Shown here piece by piece: positions 22,683-33,129 of a DNA stretch of 64,000 nt (position 1 is the stretch's first letter; every line of letters starts with the position of its first letter). A program made the translations under genes and the position numbers. This DNA is from an uncultured Chloroflexia bacterium (lineage in GTDB: Bacteria > Chloroflexota > Limnocylindria > Limnocylindrales > CSP1-4). The notes under the pieces were generated by a model, which did no database searches, had not been told where the DNA came from, and worked only from the letters and a program-made list of their open reading frames with translations. Location of the stretch: positions 96,001-160,000 of the forward strand of contig CAVVYR010000006.1 of assembly GCA_963752475.1 (NCBI GenBank), read 5' to 3'.

Positions 22683-23639
22683 GTGGCGGATACACCCGAC
22701 GTCGACAAGGTCATCGGGAACGGCTTCTGCATCGGCTGCGGCGCCTGTGCGGTTGTGAGCCCAGAGGTCTTCGAGATCGCCGTGGATGCGGAAGGCAAGA
22801 AACAGGCGGTGCGACGTGCGGGTGCTGGTTGGGGCGCCGACACGGACGCTGCCGATCTCGTTTGCCCCTTCGGCGACAAAGCGGAGGATGAGACGAGCAT
22901 CACAGTGCGGCTCTATCCCGACCTCCGGGAGGACATGGTCATCGGGCGCTATGCCTCAGTCCATGCGGGCCACGTGACGAGCGGCGGCTTCCGCGAGCGT
23001 GGCAGCTCGGGCGGCGGGGTGTCGTGGCTCGTGGCCGAGCTCTTCGCCCGGGACGAGATCGAGCTCGTCGTCCACGTCGGGCAGGCACGGAGGACGGCGA
23101 GCTCTTCCGCTGCAAGATCTCGACGAGCGCCGAGGAGGCGCTGGCGGAATCGAAGTCGAAGTACTACCCGATTTCCCTCGACCGGATCGCCGACGAGATC
23201 CGCCGCCAGCCCGGGCGCGGCCTCTTTATCGGCATCCCCTGCTTCGTCAAGACCATGCGCAACCACTGCGCGGCCGACTCGGCGCTCGACGCCCGCATCG
23301 CCTACTTCGCCGGCCTCGTCTGCGGGCACCTCAAGACGGCGCAGTTCGCGCAGAACTTCGCCTGGCAGCTCGGCAGGCCGCCCAAGGGCATCCGCGAAAT
23401 CGACTTCCGCCACATGCCGACCGGCCCCAGCGGCCCGGCGAGCAAGTATTTCGTCCGCGTGGTCGCCGAGGAGAACGGCGAGACCCGGGAGGCCATCGGC
23501 CAGAACAGCTCGTTATTCTGCTATCTCTGGGCCCCCGGCTTCTTCAAGTACAAGGCTTGCGACTACTGCGACGACGTCTTCGCCGAGACCGCCGACATCT
23601 GCTTCGGCGACGCTTGGATCGAGCCCTATGTCTCGGACC
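22683..23639 (+). pseudogene. F420 hydrogenase/dehydrogenase beta-subunit-like (FrhB) Fe-S protein, N-terminal part
   Basis: CIGCGAC, GSSGG, GIPCF, GLVCGH, CDYCDDVFAETADICFGDAW; breaks at YVSD (GACC 23636-23639). Confidence 0.85.
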
Positions 23640-24311
23640 AGGCCGAGCTCGGCCATGAGGCGTCCGACCCGGTCACGACCGACCTCGCAGCCCTCGCGTC
23701 GCAGCTGGCGCCAGACCTTGCGCACACCGTAGACCGCGAAGTTGCCCTCGTGCACCCGCTCGATCTCGGGCTTCAGCTGCGGCGTCCCGACAGGTCCGGG
23801 CCGACGGTGGCCGGGTCTTGGCCGCGTAGTACGTGGAGGGGGCGATCGCCGTGGTCCGGCAGATCAGCTCGACCCCGAAGGGTGTCGCGGTGCGCGTCGA
23901 TGTAGCGGGTCATCGCTTCGAAAGGGCGGTCGAGCTCCGCCGTGAAGAGAGCCGATGCCGACTTGAGGATCGGCTCGCCCCGGCCCAGCAGGGGGTTCTC
24001 CCGTTCGAGCTCCTTGAGGTGCTCACGCTCTTCGGTCGTGGTGCCGGCGCGCCCGCCGCCGTCGACCTCGGCCTGGCGGACCCACTTGCGCAGCGACTCG
24101 GGGCTGATGCCGAGCTCATCGCGATGCGGGTCACGGTGCCGAAGCGCTCCTCGTCCCGGTCATACCAGTCGAGGACCATGCGGATGGCCCGTTGTTTCAG
24201 TTCGGGTGGGTACTGGCGCGGCTTTGGGCGCCCGGTGCTGCTGGTGTTCGTGTCTGCCAGCACTCCCGTTCCTCCAACTGCTGGAGTCTCCATCGAAGTC
24301 AGGGCGGTTCA
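23640..24311 (-). mobile_element. Truncated IS3-family element (IS51/IS6110-like): left end, orfA and start of orfB
   Basis: End TGAACCGCCCTGACTTCGATGGAGAC (minus strand from 24311); orfA RQYPPELKQRAIRMV; orfB VYGVRKVWRQLRREG...RVGRLMAELGL. Confidence 0.88.
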
Positions 24312-24862
24312 GGCTATTTCTCACGCAGAACCGCGACCGGGAACTTCTGCAATGGGGCCTTGTTGCTGCCTTGTTGACGGTTCCGTTCATCCTGATTGGC
24401 CTCCCGCACGGAGCGGTGGGCGTTGCGGCGGCCTACGCACTCTCTGGGGTGCTTCTGCGAACACCCCTCCTGATGGTCTGGGTCGGCAGAACCGGCCCCG
24501 TCGCCGCCCGCGACCTCGCGAGCGTCATGCTGACGCCCTTCGTCCCGGTGGTTTGGACCGTAGGAACGTGCCTCGGTGTTCGAGCTCTGCTACCCGAACT
24601 CGGTTCCCTCGCCGCCTTGGCGCTTTGCGCACTGCTCTCGATCGCAGGCTACGCGGTCTTCGTCGGCTGGATTCCGCAAGGCCGCCATGTGCGAAAGGAC
24701 GTCAAGGCCGTTGCCGCGGACCTGAGAAGCAAGGCAAACACGGGTAGCCGCCGACTCAGAGCGCACACAAGACCAGGGAGTCCGGTTGTATCGTGGCGGT
24801 CGGCGAACTGGGGATACGGGAGGTTGCCATCAACAGCGGATACCGCAGCGCACGCAGGCTGA
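24312..24862 (+). pseudogene. 3' fragment of a second Wzx flippase, cut by the IS3 end
   Basis: LFLTQNR...IGLPHGAVGVAAAYALSG...WVGRTGPV parallels LFISQGR...VGLPLGAVGVAAAYAVSG...WVGRRGPV of the 16865 gene. Confidence 0.8.
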
Positions 24863-25759
24863 TCGGCAAGGCCGTCCCTGCGCGCGTGAAGGAACGGCTG
24901 AAGACAGCGGACCTCAGGCAGTTGAGCACAGAAGAGCTCCTAAGCCTGATGCGCCACGAGAGCCACCGCATCGAGAAAGCCGTGTACAACGACATACTCG
25001 CGTCCAAGAACGACGTATACCGCGCGAAGCGAGATCGACTCTCCTCAATCTATGTCGAACTCGATCGGCGAGGAATACCAGCTGACGAGGCCACCATCGT
25101 GTGGTCACGCCAGATCTACGACGCTTTCGACGACCTCGACGAAACGTTCATCCAACCGAACTCGACACCACTGCCGACTCCCGATCCCTCACGCGCCGAT
25201 GCGTTTGTCAATCTCGTCAGCGCCAGGCGCTCAGTTCGGGTGTGGGCCGATCAGCAACCCTCGGTCGATGAGCTCATGGTTGTCGCCGACGCCATGATGG
25301 ACGCGGCACGGTGGGCACCCACATCGGGCAATCGTCAGCCGTGGCGATTCTGCAGTGATCGTCGACGAAGCTGACAAGAAGGCACTCATAGGCCTCAAGG
25401 AATCACACTGCGTGACAGCGCCGATCCTGATTTTCGTGGGCATGGATATCCGCGTCTACGGCGCGCTCGGCGATGACGAACGGTCGATCTACGTGGATGC
25501 AGGCGCTGCAATCATGCAGATGGTCCTCCTCGGCCACGAGTGCGGATATGGCGTCACGTGGAACCACTTCGCGGATGATCTTGTCCAGTCTCGGCAGAAG
25601 AACGTTGACCTCTACGAGGCATTCTCTGAGCGGATGGGCATCCCGCCGTTCGTTGCTCCGATCGCCATTGTCGCCTTCGGAGTGGGCGCCTTTGCTCCTC
25701 CTGTACCCGCACGCATGGACGTCTCCAGGCTTCAGCTGCCCAAGCCCCAGGACCGGTAG
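24793..25759 (+). CDS. Nitroreductase-family flavoprotein; frameshift at ~25350
   Basis: ARRSVRVW, AARWAPTSGNRQPWRF, VDAGAAIMQMVLLGHECGYG. Confidence 0.85.
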
Positions 25760-26003
25760 GAGGAGTTCGCCGAGCGCCAGACGGTGCCCGACCGACCGTC
25801 CGTGCCACGACGGATAGTGCTTCTGCCGATTCTGCTCAGTGGGGTCGATAGACCGTGACTGAGGCCACCGACGACCAGGCCCTCAGGCTCCCTCGGCGTC
25901 GTTGCCAAGCCAGACGTGGAGCGCCGTGTTCGCCAGTGCCGGCGCCAGCGTGACCGGATCGCGGGCCTGCCAAGTCTCGGCCTGCGCCGATTCGTCGCCC
26001 CGG

Positions 26004-26056
26004 TGTCGACGCCGGGTGAAAACTGAACACTCCCCGCCGGCTGAAACCCGGACACC
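26004..26056 (+). mobile_element. Isolated IS21-type terminal repeat, no transposase
   Basis: TGTCGACGCCGGGTGAAAACTGAACAC followed by internal repeat CGCCGGCTGAAACCCGGACAC. Confidence 0.55.
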
Positions 26057-26086
26057 CCACCGGGCTTCACAAGGCACCCTCGGGCC

Positions 26087-26536
26087 GACCCGAAGGGCGA
26101 CAACATCTTCGTCATCCGCAACCCGAGGCTAGGCGAGATCCTCGCCGAGGCGTCGGGCGCGGGGGATCTCAAGATCGACGAGATTACGCCTGAGCAGGCG
26201 TTCCTCAGCCAGCGCGCAGGCGTGCTGCACCGGCGCGACGGCATGCGCACACGCGTGAAGCTGCGCCGGCGTCTCGGATATTGGACGCCCGAGAAGGGCT
26301 TTCTGGACAGCGCGCCCCTCGAGCCGAGCGGATTGGGTCGCGCGATGGTCTTCTGCTACCGCGAGTTCATGTCCTCGCAGAGCCGCAAGGCCTTCCGGCG
26401 CGCGCTCGACGCGGGCTCATACGAGGTCTTCCGCAAGCGTATGAAACGGGTTCTCTTCTTCTACGAGAAGGTCCTCCACTTCAGGTGGGCGAGCATCACC
26501 GGCCGCCTGCGACGGCTCTTGCCGAAACGGTCGTGA
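26087..26536 (+). pseudogene. C-terminal part of the FrhB-like gene
   Basis: GAC CCG AAG GGC GAC AAC (DPKGDNIFVIRN...) is in frame with ORF 26222-26536 and continues ...DAWIEPYVSD. Confidence 0.8.
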
Positions 26537-27016
26537 CACGCCGCGCGCGGTCGGCGCGCAGTCTGGAGCACGGCCAAGTGGATGAGTGACATGCTGGCAA
26601 TCTCTGCAGACAATTGCGGGACTTCATCTAGCAGGAGAGCTCCATCGTCACAAGCCACCGCCCGTACTCGTGGGGCGTCAACTGGGGTTGGTGGCGTCCA
26701 TGGGAAGGAAGGTGTACGGGCGACCTGAGTACCATCCGACCACCGTCGGATAGTCCGGATGCGTCACGATGGCGTCCGTCATCATGAGCGCCTCGGCCTT
26801 CACGGCCTCGAGTTCGAGCTGGTAGTCGGCTCGCCAACCCCTGGCGACTACGGTGAGCGCGACTGACAGGACGATGATGCCGGTGGCGGCCAGCAGAGCT
26901 CGGGGTCGGTTCCATGGGATCGCAAGTCCGACCATCAGAGAGAAGGGCCGGCAGGGCCGCAATGACGTGGCGCGGCTCCGTCAGTGTGCACAGGGTCGTC
27001 GCGGCAACCGCCACGA

Positions 27017-28439
27017 GAGCTCTTGTCAAGACGTGTGGAAATCACCCCTTCCGTGTGGTCGTGACGTCGTGCTCGATCAGGCCGCCATCGGCACCTCCTC
27101 CGCGTCTGGCCGGGTGCTCGACGAGGACGCCGTCGCGGAACCTGGCTCCGGCGAGGAGCAGGGTCATGATCGTGGCTCCGCCGTTGAGCTTGCGCGAGTG
27201 GCCAGCGAGGCGTCGACGATCTTGAAGACGAGTAGAGCGCGTTCTCTCTCACGCGGGCCCGCTTCGCCACCGTCGTGCGAGGCGTACCCCGCGAAGATCG
27301 ACTCCACGACGTTGCAGGTCCGGAGGTGGATATGGTGCTCGGCGGGAAAGTCGTAGAAGGCCACCAGGTCATCCCAGTCCCGCAGCAGCGTCGCTGCGGC
27401 GTCGGCCTGGCCCGCGGCCATGGAACCAGGCCACGGTGGCGTCGCGCTGCCGCTCGGCCTCGGCCCTGGTCGGTGCGCCCCAGACGGCCTGCAGCCGGGC
27501 CTCGCCTCGGCATGGAGCCGCTTGGGGAGCCGGTCGATGACGTTGATCGCCTTGTGGTTCCAGCATCTCTGATGGGCGGTCCCGGGGAAGACCTCCCGGA
27601 GGCGGGCCCAGAAACCCAGCGCCCCGTCGCCCACCGCGAGCAGGGGTGCCACGAGGCCGCGCTCCCGGAGGCCCCGCAGCACGCCGGCCCAGGACTTGGT
27701 GGCTCGCGGTAGCCGAGCTCCATGGCGAGCAGCTCCTTGCGGCCGTCCTCTCGCGCGCCGATGACCACGAGCAGGCAGCTGTGCTCCTGGCTCCAGCCCG
27801 GCACCGAGGTAGATGCCGTCCGCCCAGATGTAGGCGTAGCGGGCGTGATGGGCCGGCGAGCGGAAGGTCTCGTACTCGGCCTGCCACTCGGCCTTGAGCC
27901 GGATGATCGTCGAGGGTGACAGGGTCGCCTCTCGCCCATGAGCTCGGAAGGCGGGCTCGAAGTCCCGCTCGAGAGGCCCTCGAGGTAGAGCCGGGCGAAC
28001 AGGCGCTGGGTCTCCGGAGAGGTAGCGGCGCTTGGGCAGGATGGCCGAGGCGAAGGGCTCGCTGCCGCTGGCAGGTCGCTGACCCGGGGCTGCGGACCGG
28101 CACCGACCAGGTGCCGATGCCGACCTCGCGCTCCCGGCCGTGGCCGTTGCGGTAGCCGGTGGCCCGGCCACCCGGCGCGTAGCGGGGTCGACCGAGGAAC
28201 GCGTCGACCTCCTGGGCGAGCATCCGCTCGAGCATCGCCCGGGCGCCCTCGCGGGCGATGCTCGAGCGTATCCGTAATCACCGCGCCTTCCTCGGGCGCA
28301 CTTGCTGAGCGTGATACCTTGCCATCGCGGCGTACCTCCTGTCCGTGAGTTCCAATCTCATCGGAAGGGTACGCCGTGCTCTTGCCCGGTCAGGCGGCTG
28401 GAGCGTCGGCGCCGTTTCCACACATCCCGACATTAGCTC
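27017..28439 (-). mobile_element. IS256-family insertion sequence with frameshifted transposase
   Basis: IRs GAGCTCTTGTCAAGACGTGTGGAAA / GAGCTAATGTCGGGATGTGTGGAAA (20/25); GYRNG, YIWADGIY, AVGDGALGFW, HQRCWNHK, LRTCNVVES. Confidence 0.9.
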
Positions 28440-29030
28440 CGGACGCGACGACATAGCCCAGTGGTAGGAGGACTTCACGCGGACCACGGATCGCCAGCGC
28501 GGCCCCGACGGCGCCGAGCACCACGCCGATGGGAGTCGTGACGTGCCTGAAGATCACCTGAGGCCAGCCCTGATCTCCGGCCTCACGGGCATAGCTGGCG
28601 TCGCCGACCGCTGACCCGACCCAACGTCGTAGTACAAGCTGGAGCCGTTGCGCATCGAGGAGGTAGGCCCAAGCGAGCCACACGAGCATGGCTAGGCCGG
28701 ACGGCAGCGCGAACAGGATCGCTCGTCGCCAGCCGTGCAGTGCCAGGGTGTAGACCGCCGCGACGGCAACATAGATCAGGGCGAACTCCTTCGTCAGCAC
28801 TGCGAACGCCGCGAGCACACCGGCTAGGGCGACGCGCCTACGAAGGAGCGCCCACATCGACAGGGCGACCAGGAAGGCAAACATCACCTCCATGTGTGCC
28901 GATGTCGATTCACGCAGGAACATCGGACTCCTGGCGAGCAGAAGGCCCGCGACGAGCACCACCCCAGCCACCGACCGTTACGACGAGGACACCGACGGTG
29001 CCGGCACCGAAGGCTACCGACAGCAGTCGG

Positions 29031-30177
29031 CTAGTGTCCCGAATTCACTATTCGCTGGCGGCTTGCGCACCGCCTTGGCGAGGATCTGGTCGGCGGTCTT
29101 GACCCAGGTGAAGGGGCTGGAGCCCTCGTTCCACTGGCGGGTGAAGGCGTCGATCATGGCGATGAGTTCCTTGACGCTGCCGAAGCTGCCCCGGCGGATG
29201 GCCTGGCTGGTGAGGATGCCGAACCAGGTCTCGATCTGGTTCATCCACGACGCGCTGGTGGGCGTGAAGTGGAAGGTGATGCGCGGGTGCTTCGTCGAGC
29301 CACGCCCGGACGTCCGGCGTCTTGTGCGTCCAGACGTTGTCGAGCACGATGTGCAGCTCACCGCTCGGGTACGCCCGGGCGACCCGCTTCAGGAAGGCCA
29401 GGAAGTCGGCCCCGGTGTGACGGACGCGGTGGTCGGTCGTGACCTGGCCCGTGCCCACCTCGAGCGCCGCGAACAGGCAGGTCGTGCCGTTGCGCTTGTA
29501 GTCATGGGTATGGCGCTCGACCTGGCCCGGGCGCATCGGCAGCATCGGCTGGGTGCGATCGAGCGCCTGGATCTGGGTCTTCTCGTCGACGCTGCAGCAC
29601 GATGGCGCCGTCGGGCGGGTCGAGGTAGAGGCCCACGACATCGCGGACCTTGGCCTCGAGGGCGGGGTCGGTGCTGAACTTGAAGGTCTCGGTGCGGTGC
29701 GGCTGCAGGCCGCGCTCCCGGAAGAGCCGATGGACCGTGGCCGGGCTCATGCCCGTCCGCTTCGCCACCTCCCGCACGCTCCAGTGGGTCATGCCCTCGG
29801 GCGGTGGTCCCATGGCCATGGTCATGACCCGGTCACGGTCCTCGCGGGTGTAGGTGGGCGGGTGGCCGGGACGGGGCGCATCGGCGAGGCCCGTCGAGTC
29901 CCGCCTCGGCAAAGCGCCGTCGCCACAGCTTCACCGTCATGACCGCGACGCCCAGCTCACGGGCGACATGGTCGATGGCCACACCCTCCGCGGAGCGCAA
30001 CACGATGCGGGCGCGGGTCGCGAGCCGCTGCTCGCTCGTGGGCGCACGGGCGATCGCCTGCAGGGCTGCCAGATCGGACTCGTCGACGACCAACGGAGGA
30101 GCGGGTGGATGTGCCATGGGCGCATCGTAGCGGGCATCAGCTCGATACCGCTAGCCATCAGTGAGACGAGACACTAG
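29031..30177 (-). mobile_element. IS630-family insertion sequence with frameshifted transposase
   Basis: Ends CTAGTGTCCCGAATTCACT / CTAGTGTCTCGTCTCACT; VDEKTQIQALDR, HDYKRNGTT, IVLDN, FTPTSASWMNQIETWF. Confidence 0.92.
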
Positions 30178-30564
30178 GTGCCTCGCCGGCCCATGACACG
30201 GCAGCCAGCGTGTACGAGTACAGGGGTGTGTGGTTGAAGAAGAAGACACCATCGGGGGCGATGTTGCGGATAGGCAACCCCTCTTCTCGAATGGCTTGCG
30301 CCACGTCGAGGAAGATCGCTTCGTCGTAGTCCGCGACCCGTACGACCGAGAGCGTGATGAGGCAAACGATGACGAACAAGCTGACCGGCACGGCCACGAC
30401 AGCAGTCGCTGGGCTACTCCTCCCATCGCGCAACCCTACGCTGGTGACTCCCACTCCGCGCACCGACATTCGCAGCCCGTGGCGCGTCAACTACACCGTG
30501 GTTTGCAGCGCGGAGTCAGGATGAACCTGCAGCCGACGTAGTCGGCACACTTGGAGACGTGGGC

Positions 30565-31593
30565 CTACGGCTTCCGGAAGAGGTTGCGAAACCGCCACCA
30601 TACGACATGGGCCCAGCGGTCAGGTGCTTCGAGAACGCCAAGCATCCATCGACCCAACTGGTAGCGTCGCGACGCCAAGAGGCGGTCGACATCGTCCATT
30701 GGGCGCAGCTCCACCTTGTCGTGCGGAAGACCGGACAACATCGCGACGACTTGGTCAGGATGGTCGCCTTCGTGGCGCTCGAGCCAGCTGGGGAAGTCGA
30801 AGACGTTATGGACTCGATAGGGTCGATCCAGTCGTGCGTATGATCGCTCAGCCCACTCGAGGGCGTGCGGCCGGGCTTCGGTCGCCCATCCAGCCTTGCT
30901 GTAGTACTCGGACTTCTCTGCTACCTGCTTCGGAAGGAGCAGTGAGTAGTGGTAGAGGCGTACTCCGGCCAACGCGATGTCACTTGTATCAAGCCAGTGG
31001 CCGTCGTACATGCTGTGTCCGTCTCGGTCGACGACTGTTGGAGGTCGGTGGCTGACGTGCTCGTAGCCAGGCCCCCACTTGAACACGCGACGGAAGTACC
31101 TCTCATGTCGCCGTTGGTACCAGCCGTCCACGCGGTACCCACTTCCACCCCAGAACGTGAACTGTTCGAAGCCGATGCCGTCGATACTCGGGTCGTCAGC
31201 CAATAGTCCCCGCACGCGGTCGATGTCGGCGTCGAAGTAGAACTCGTCGATGTCGACTTGCCACACGTAATCGCCGGTCGCCCGCTTGGCCCAGGCGCGG
31301 CTCTGCTCGTGCTTCTCTCCCGGCCAGAAGCCGTTTTCGTGCCCTTCGTTCTCCGCTGTGACGATCGTGAGCTTCCCCTCGGTGTCTTCGTGTCGTCGGA
31401 AGTCCTGCAGAACCTCTAGCGTCCCGTCTCTTGAGTGTCCATCACTTCTGGAGATGCCAGCAGCTGCCATGGCGGCGCCCTCAGCGACAATGATCTCGTG
31501 CGCGTGCGGGTACAGAGACCGCAGCAGATACCGCGTGAAGGGCTCACCATTCAGCACGATGATTCCGAACGTGATTCGCGGGAGTTCAGTCAT
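30565..31593 (-). CDS. GT-A fold glycosyltransferase (GT2-like)
   Basis: ITFGIIVLNGEPF, SRDGT, WQVDIDEFY, LYHYS. Confidence 0.8.
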   Translation of the reverse strand: MTELPRITFGIIVLNGEPFTRYLLRSLYPHAHEIIVAEGAAMAAAGISRSDGHSRDGTLEVLQDFRRHEDTEGKLTIVTAENEGHENGFWPGEKHEQSRAWAKRATGDYVWQVDIDEFYFDADIDRVRGLLADDPSIDGIGFEQFTFWGGSGYRVDGWYQRRHERYFRRVFKWGPGYEHVSHRPPTVVDRDGHSMYDGHWLDTSDIALAGVRLYHYSLLLPKQVAEKSEYYSKAGWATEARPHALEWAERSYARLDRPYRVHNVFDFPSWLERHEGDHPDQVVAMLSGLPHDKVELRPMDDVDRLLASRRYQLGRWMLGVLEAPDRWAHVVWWRFRNLFRKP

Positions 31594-31642
31594 CGACTCA
31601 AGTGGAACTCAGCTGGTGCCGTCTCGACCCCGGAGAGCGCGC

Positions 31643-32869
31643 TCACCGCAGGAGCTCTCCATAGAGGCGTTCGAGGCGACCCAGGTTGCTTGTGAGGTCG
31701 TGGTGCTCGACAACGAACGCTCGGCCCTGCGTGGCGAGCCTCTCACGTAAGTCGGTATCACGTGCCAGTTTCGCGAGGGCGGCGGTCAGCCCGTCAGAGT
31801 CGCGTTCGGCGACCAATAGCCCGGTCGTGCCGTCGATGACCAACTCAGGAATGCCGCTGTGGTTCGTCGATACGACAGGTACGCCCATCGCCATTGCCTC
31901 CATGATCGCGACCGGGATGCCCTCCATGTCGCCATCGGCCGCTGTCACGCTGGGTGCGACGAGGACATCCGCGCGCCCTAGCTCAGCCCGCACCGCGGCT
32001 CTCGGTTGTGGGCCAAGCAAGGTTGCGACGTGCTGTAGTCCCAGGCCTTGGACGGACTCCTCCATCTCTCCCATCAGTGGGCCACCGCCGACGACCCGCA
32101 ATGAGAGGTCCACCCCTGCTCGCGCAGCCTGTCCGACTGCCTCGAGGCCGTACCGGAAGCCCTTCTTCTCGACCATGCGTCCGATCATCAGCACGCTGAG
32201 TGTCGATCCGGATGCCCGCGTCACGTTCTTCGGCCGCAGGGCGTTCGTGTCGATGCCTACCCGGTGGACGACAGTCCTATCTGCCGGCGCGCCAAGATCG
32301 ATCAGGCGATCTTTGAAGTAGGCGCTGACCGGGAGGAAGCGAGAGCCAAGCTGGAAGAGGCGATCGTACTGTCCGTCTCCCAGCTCCCGTAGCTGTCTCG
32401 TCAGGTCGAACCCATGAAACGTGGTCACCACTGGCGTGTCAGAACCAGTGAGTGCCAGCGCATCGACCACGCGAGCCCCAATCGGTCCGTAGTGACAGTG
32501 GTAGAGGTCCTTCTTGCCCAACCGGCGCAGCCCGTTGATCATTTCGAGCAGCTCCCAGCGGCTTGCGCCGGAAGGACTATGCTCGCGCGCGACTCGGAAT
32601 GCCAGTCTCGGTCGACTCCGCGCCAACGAGGTCTCGGCCGCCAGGAACGCGCCCTTGCGCGACAGCCAGCCACCGGGCGGGTCGTCGAGGTAGGTTACGT
32701 CGACATCAGAAACGTCGACCAGGTCTTGGTCGCCGGCCTTGCTCGACGGGACAGGCCGCCGCGCGAGCACATGAACCTCGTGACCCAGGGCGCGCAGTCC
32801 GAGTACGTGGTCGGAGATGAACGTCTCCGAGGTATTCGGGAAGTTGGCGGTGACGATCGCTACGCGCAC
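31643..32869 (-). CDS. GT4 glycosyltransferase (WcaL-like)
   Basis: FPNTSETFI, TFHGFD, GRMVEKKG, GDMEGIPVAIMEAMA, HSGIPEL. Confidence 0.9.
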   Translation of the reverse strand: MRVAIVTANFPNTSETFISDHVLGLRALGHEVHVLARRPVPSSKAGDQDLVDVSDVDVTYLDDPPGGWLSRKGAFLAAETSLARSRPRLAFRVAREHSPSGASRWELLEMINGLRRLGKKDLYHCHYGPIGARVVDALALTGSDTPVVTTFHGFDLTRQLRELGDGQYDRLFQLGSRFLPVSAYFKDRLIDLGAPADRTVVHRVGIDTNALRPKNVTRASGSTLSVLMIGRMVEKKGFRYGLEAVGQAARAGVDLSLRVVGGGPLMGEMEESVQGLGLQHVATLLGPQPRAAVRAELGRADVLVAPSVTAADGDMEGIPVAIMEAMAMGVPVVSTNHSGIPELVIDGTTGLLVAERDSDGLTAALAKLARDTDLRERLATQGRAFVVEHHDLTSNLGRLERLYGELLR

Positions 32870-33129
32870 TGACCCAACACTGCCTCGACTTCTCCCTGCA
32901 TGCTCCCGTATCCACATGCGCCTCGTTCCGCGCCTGAGCAACGGTGGCTTCTTCCACCGATCCGCGATTCGAGTTCCCCGCAGCGAGACTGAGTCTCCAA
33001 TCCGAGGACTCGTGCGCTCACTCTACTCGTTGCCGTTCCCGTCTACACGTGACCGTGAGCCAACGGTACCCCTGGCCCATCCGAACGTCAGCGTCCAAAG
33101 CGCACCAGACTTCATCTATCCTGCGGTTC

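Larger units (their letters stand above)
26628..30426 (-). pseudogene. ArnT/PMT-like (GT-C) membrane glycosyltransferase split in three by IS630 and IS256
   Basis: DYDEAIF...NHTPLY...GEAPS|RLLSVAFG...AVLTKE...GYVVAS|VVAVAA...EPRHV reads through once both IS are removed. Confidence 0.8.

Noticed and set aside
22683-23639. Evidence of methanogen-type F420 hydrogenase
   Set aside because: No FrhA/FrhG or maturation genes; the context is a polysaccharide locus
26047-26069. Right end of the IS3 element, which would make a composite transposon
   Set aside because: TGAAGCCCGGTGGGGTGTCCGG only loosely resembles the 24311 end, has the same orientation, overlaps the IS21-type motif and does not coincide with the GACC junction
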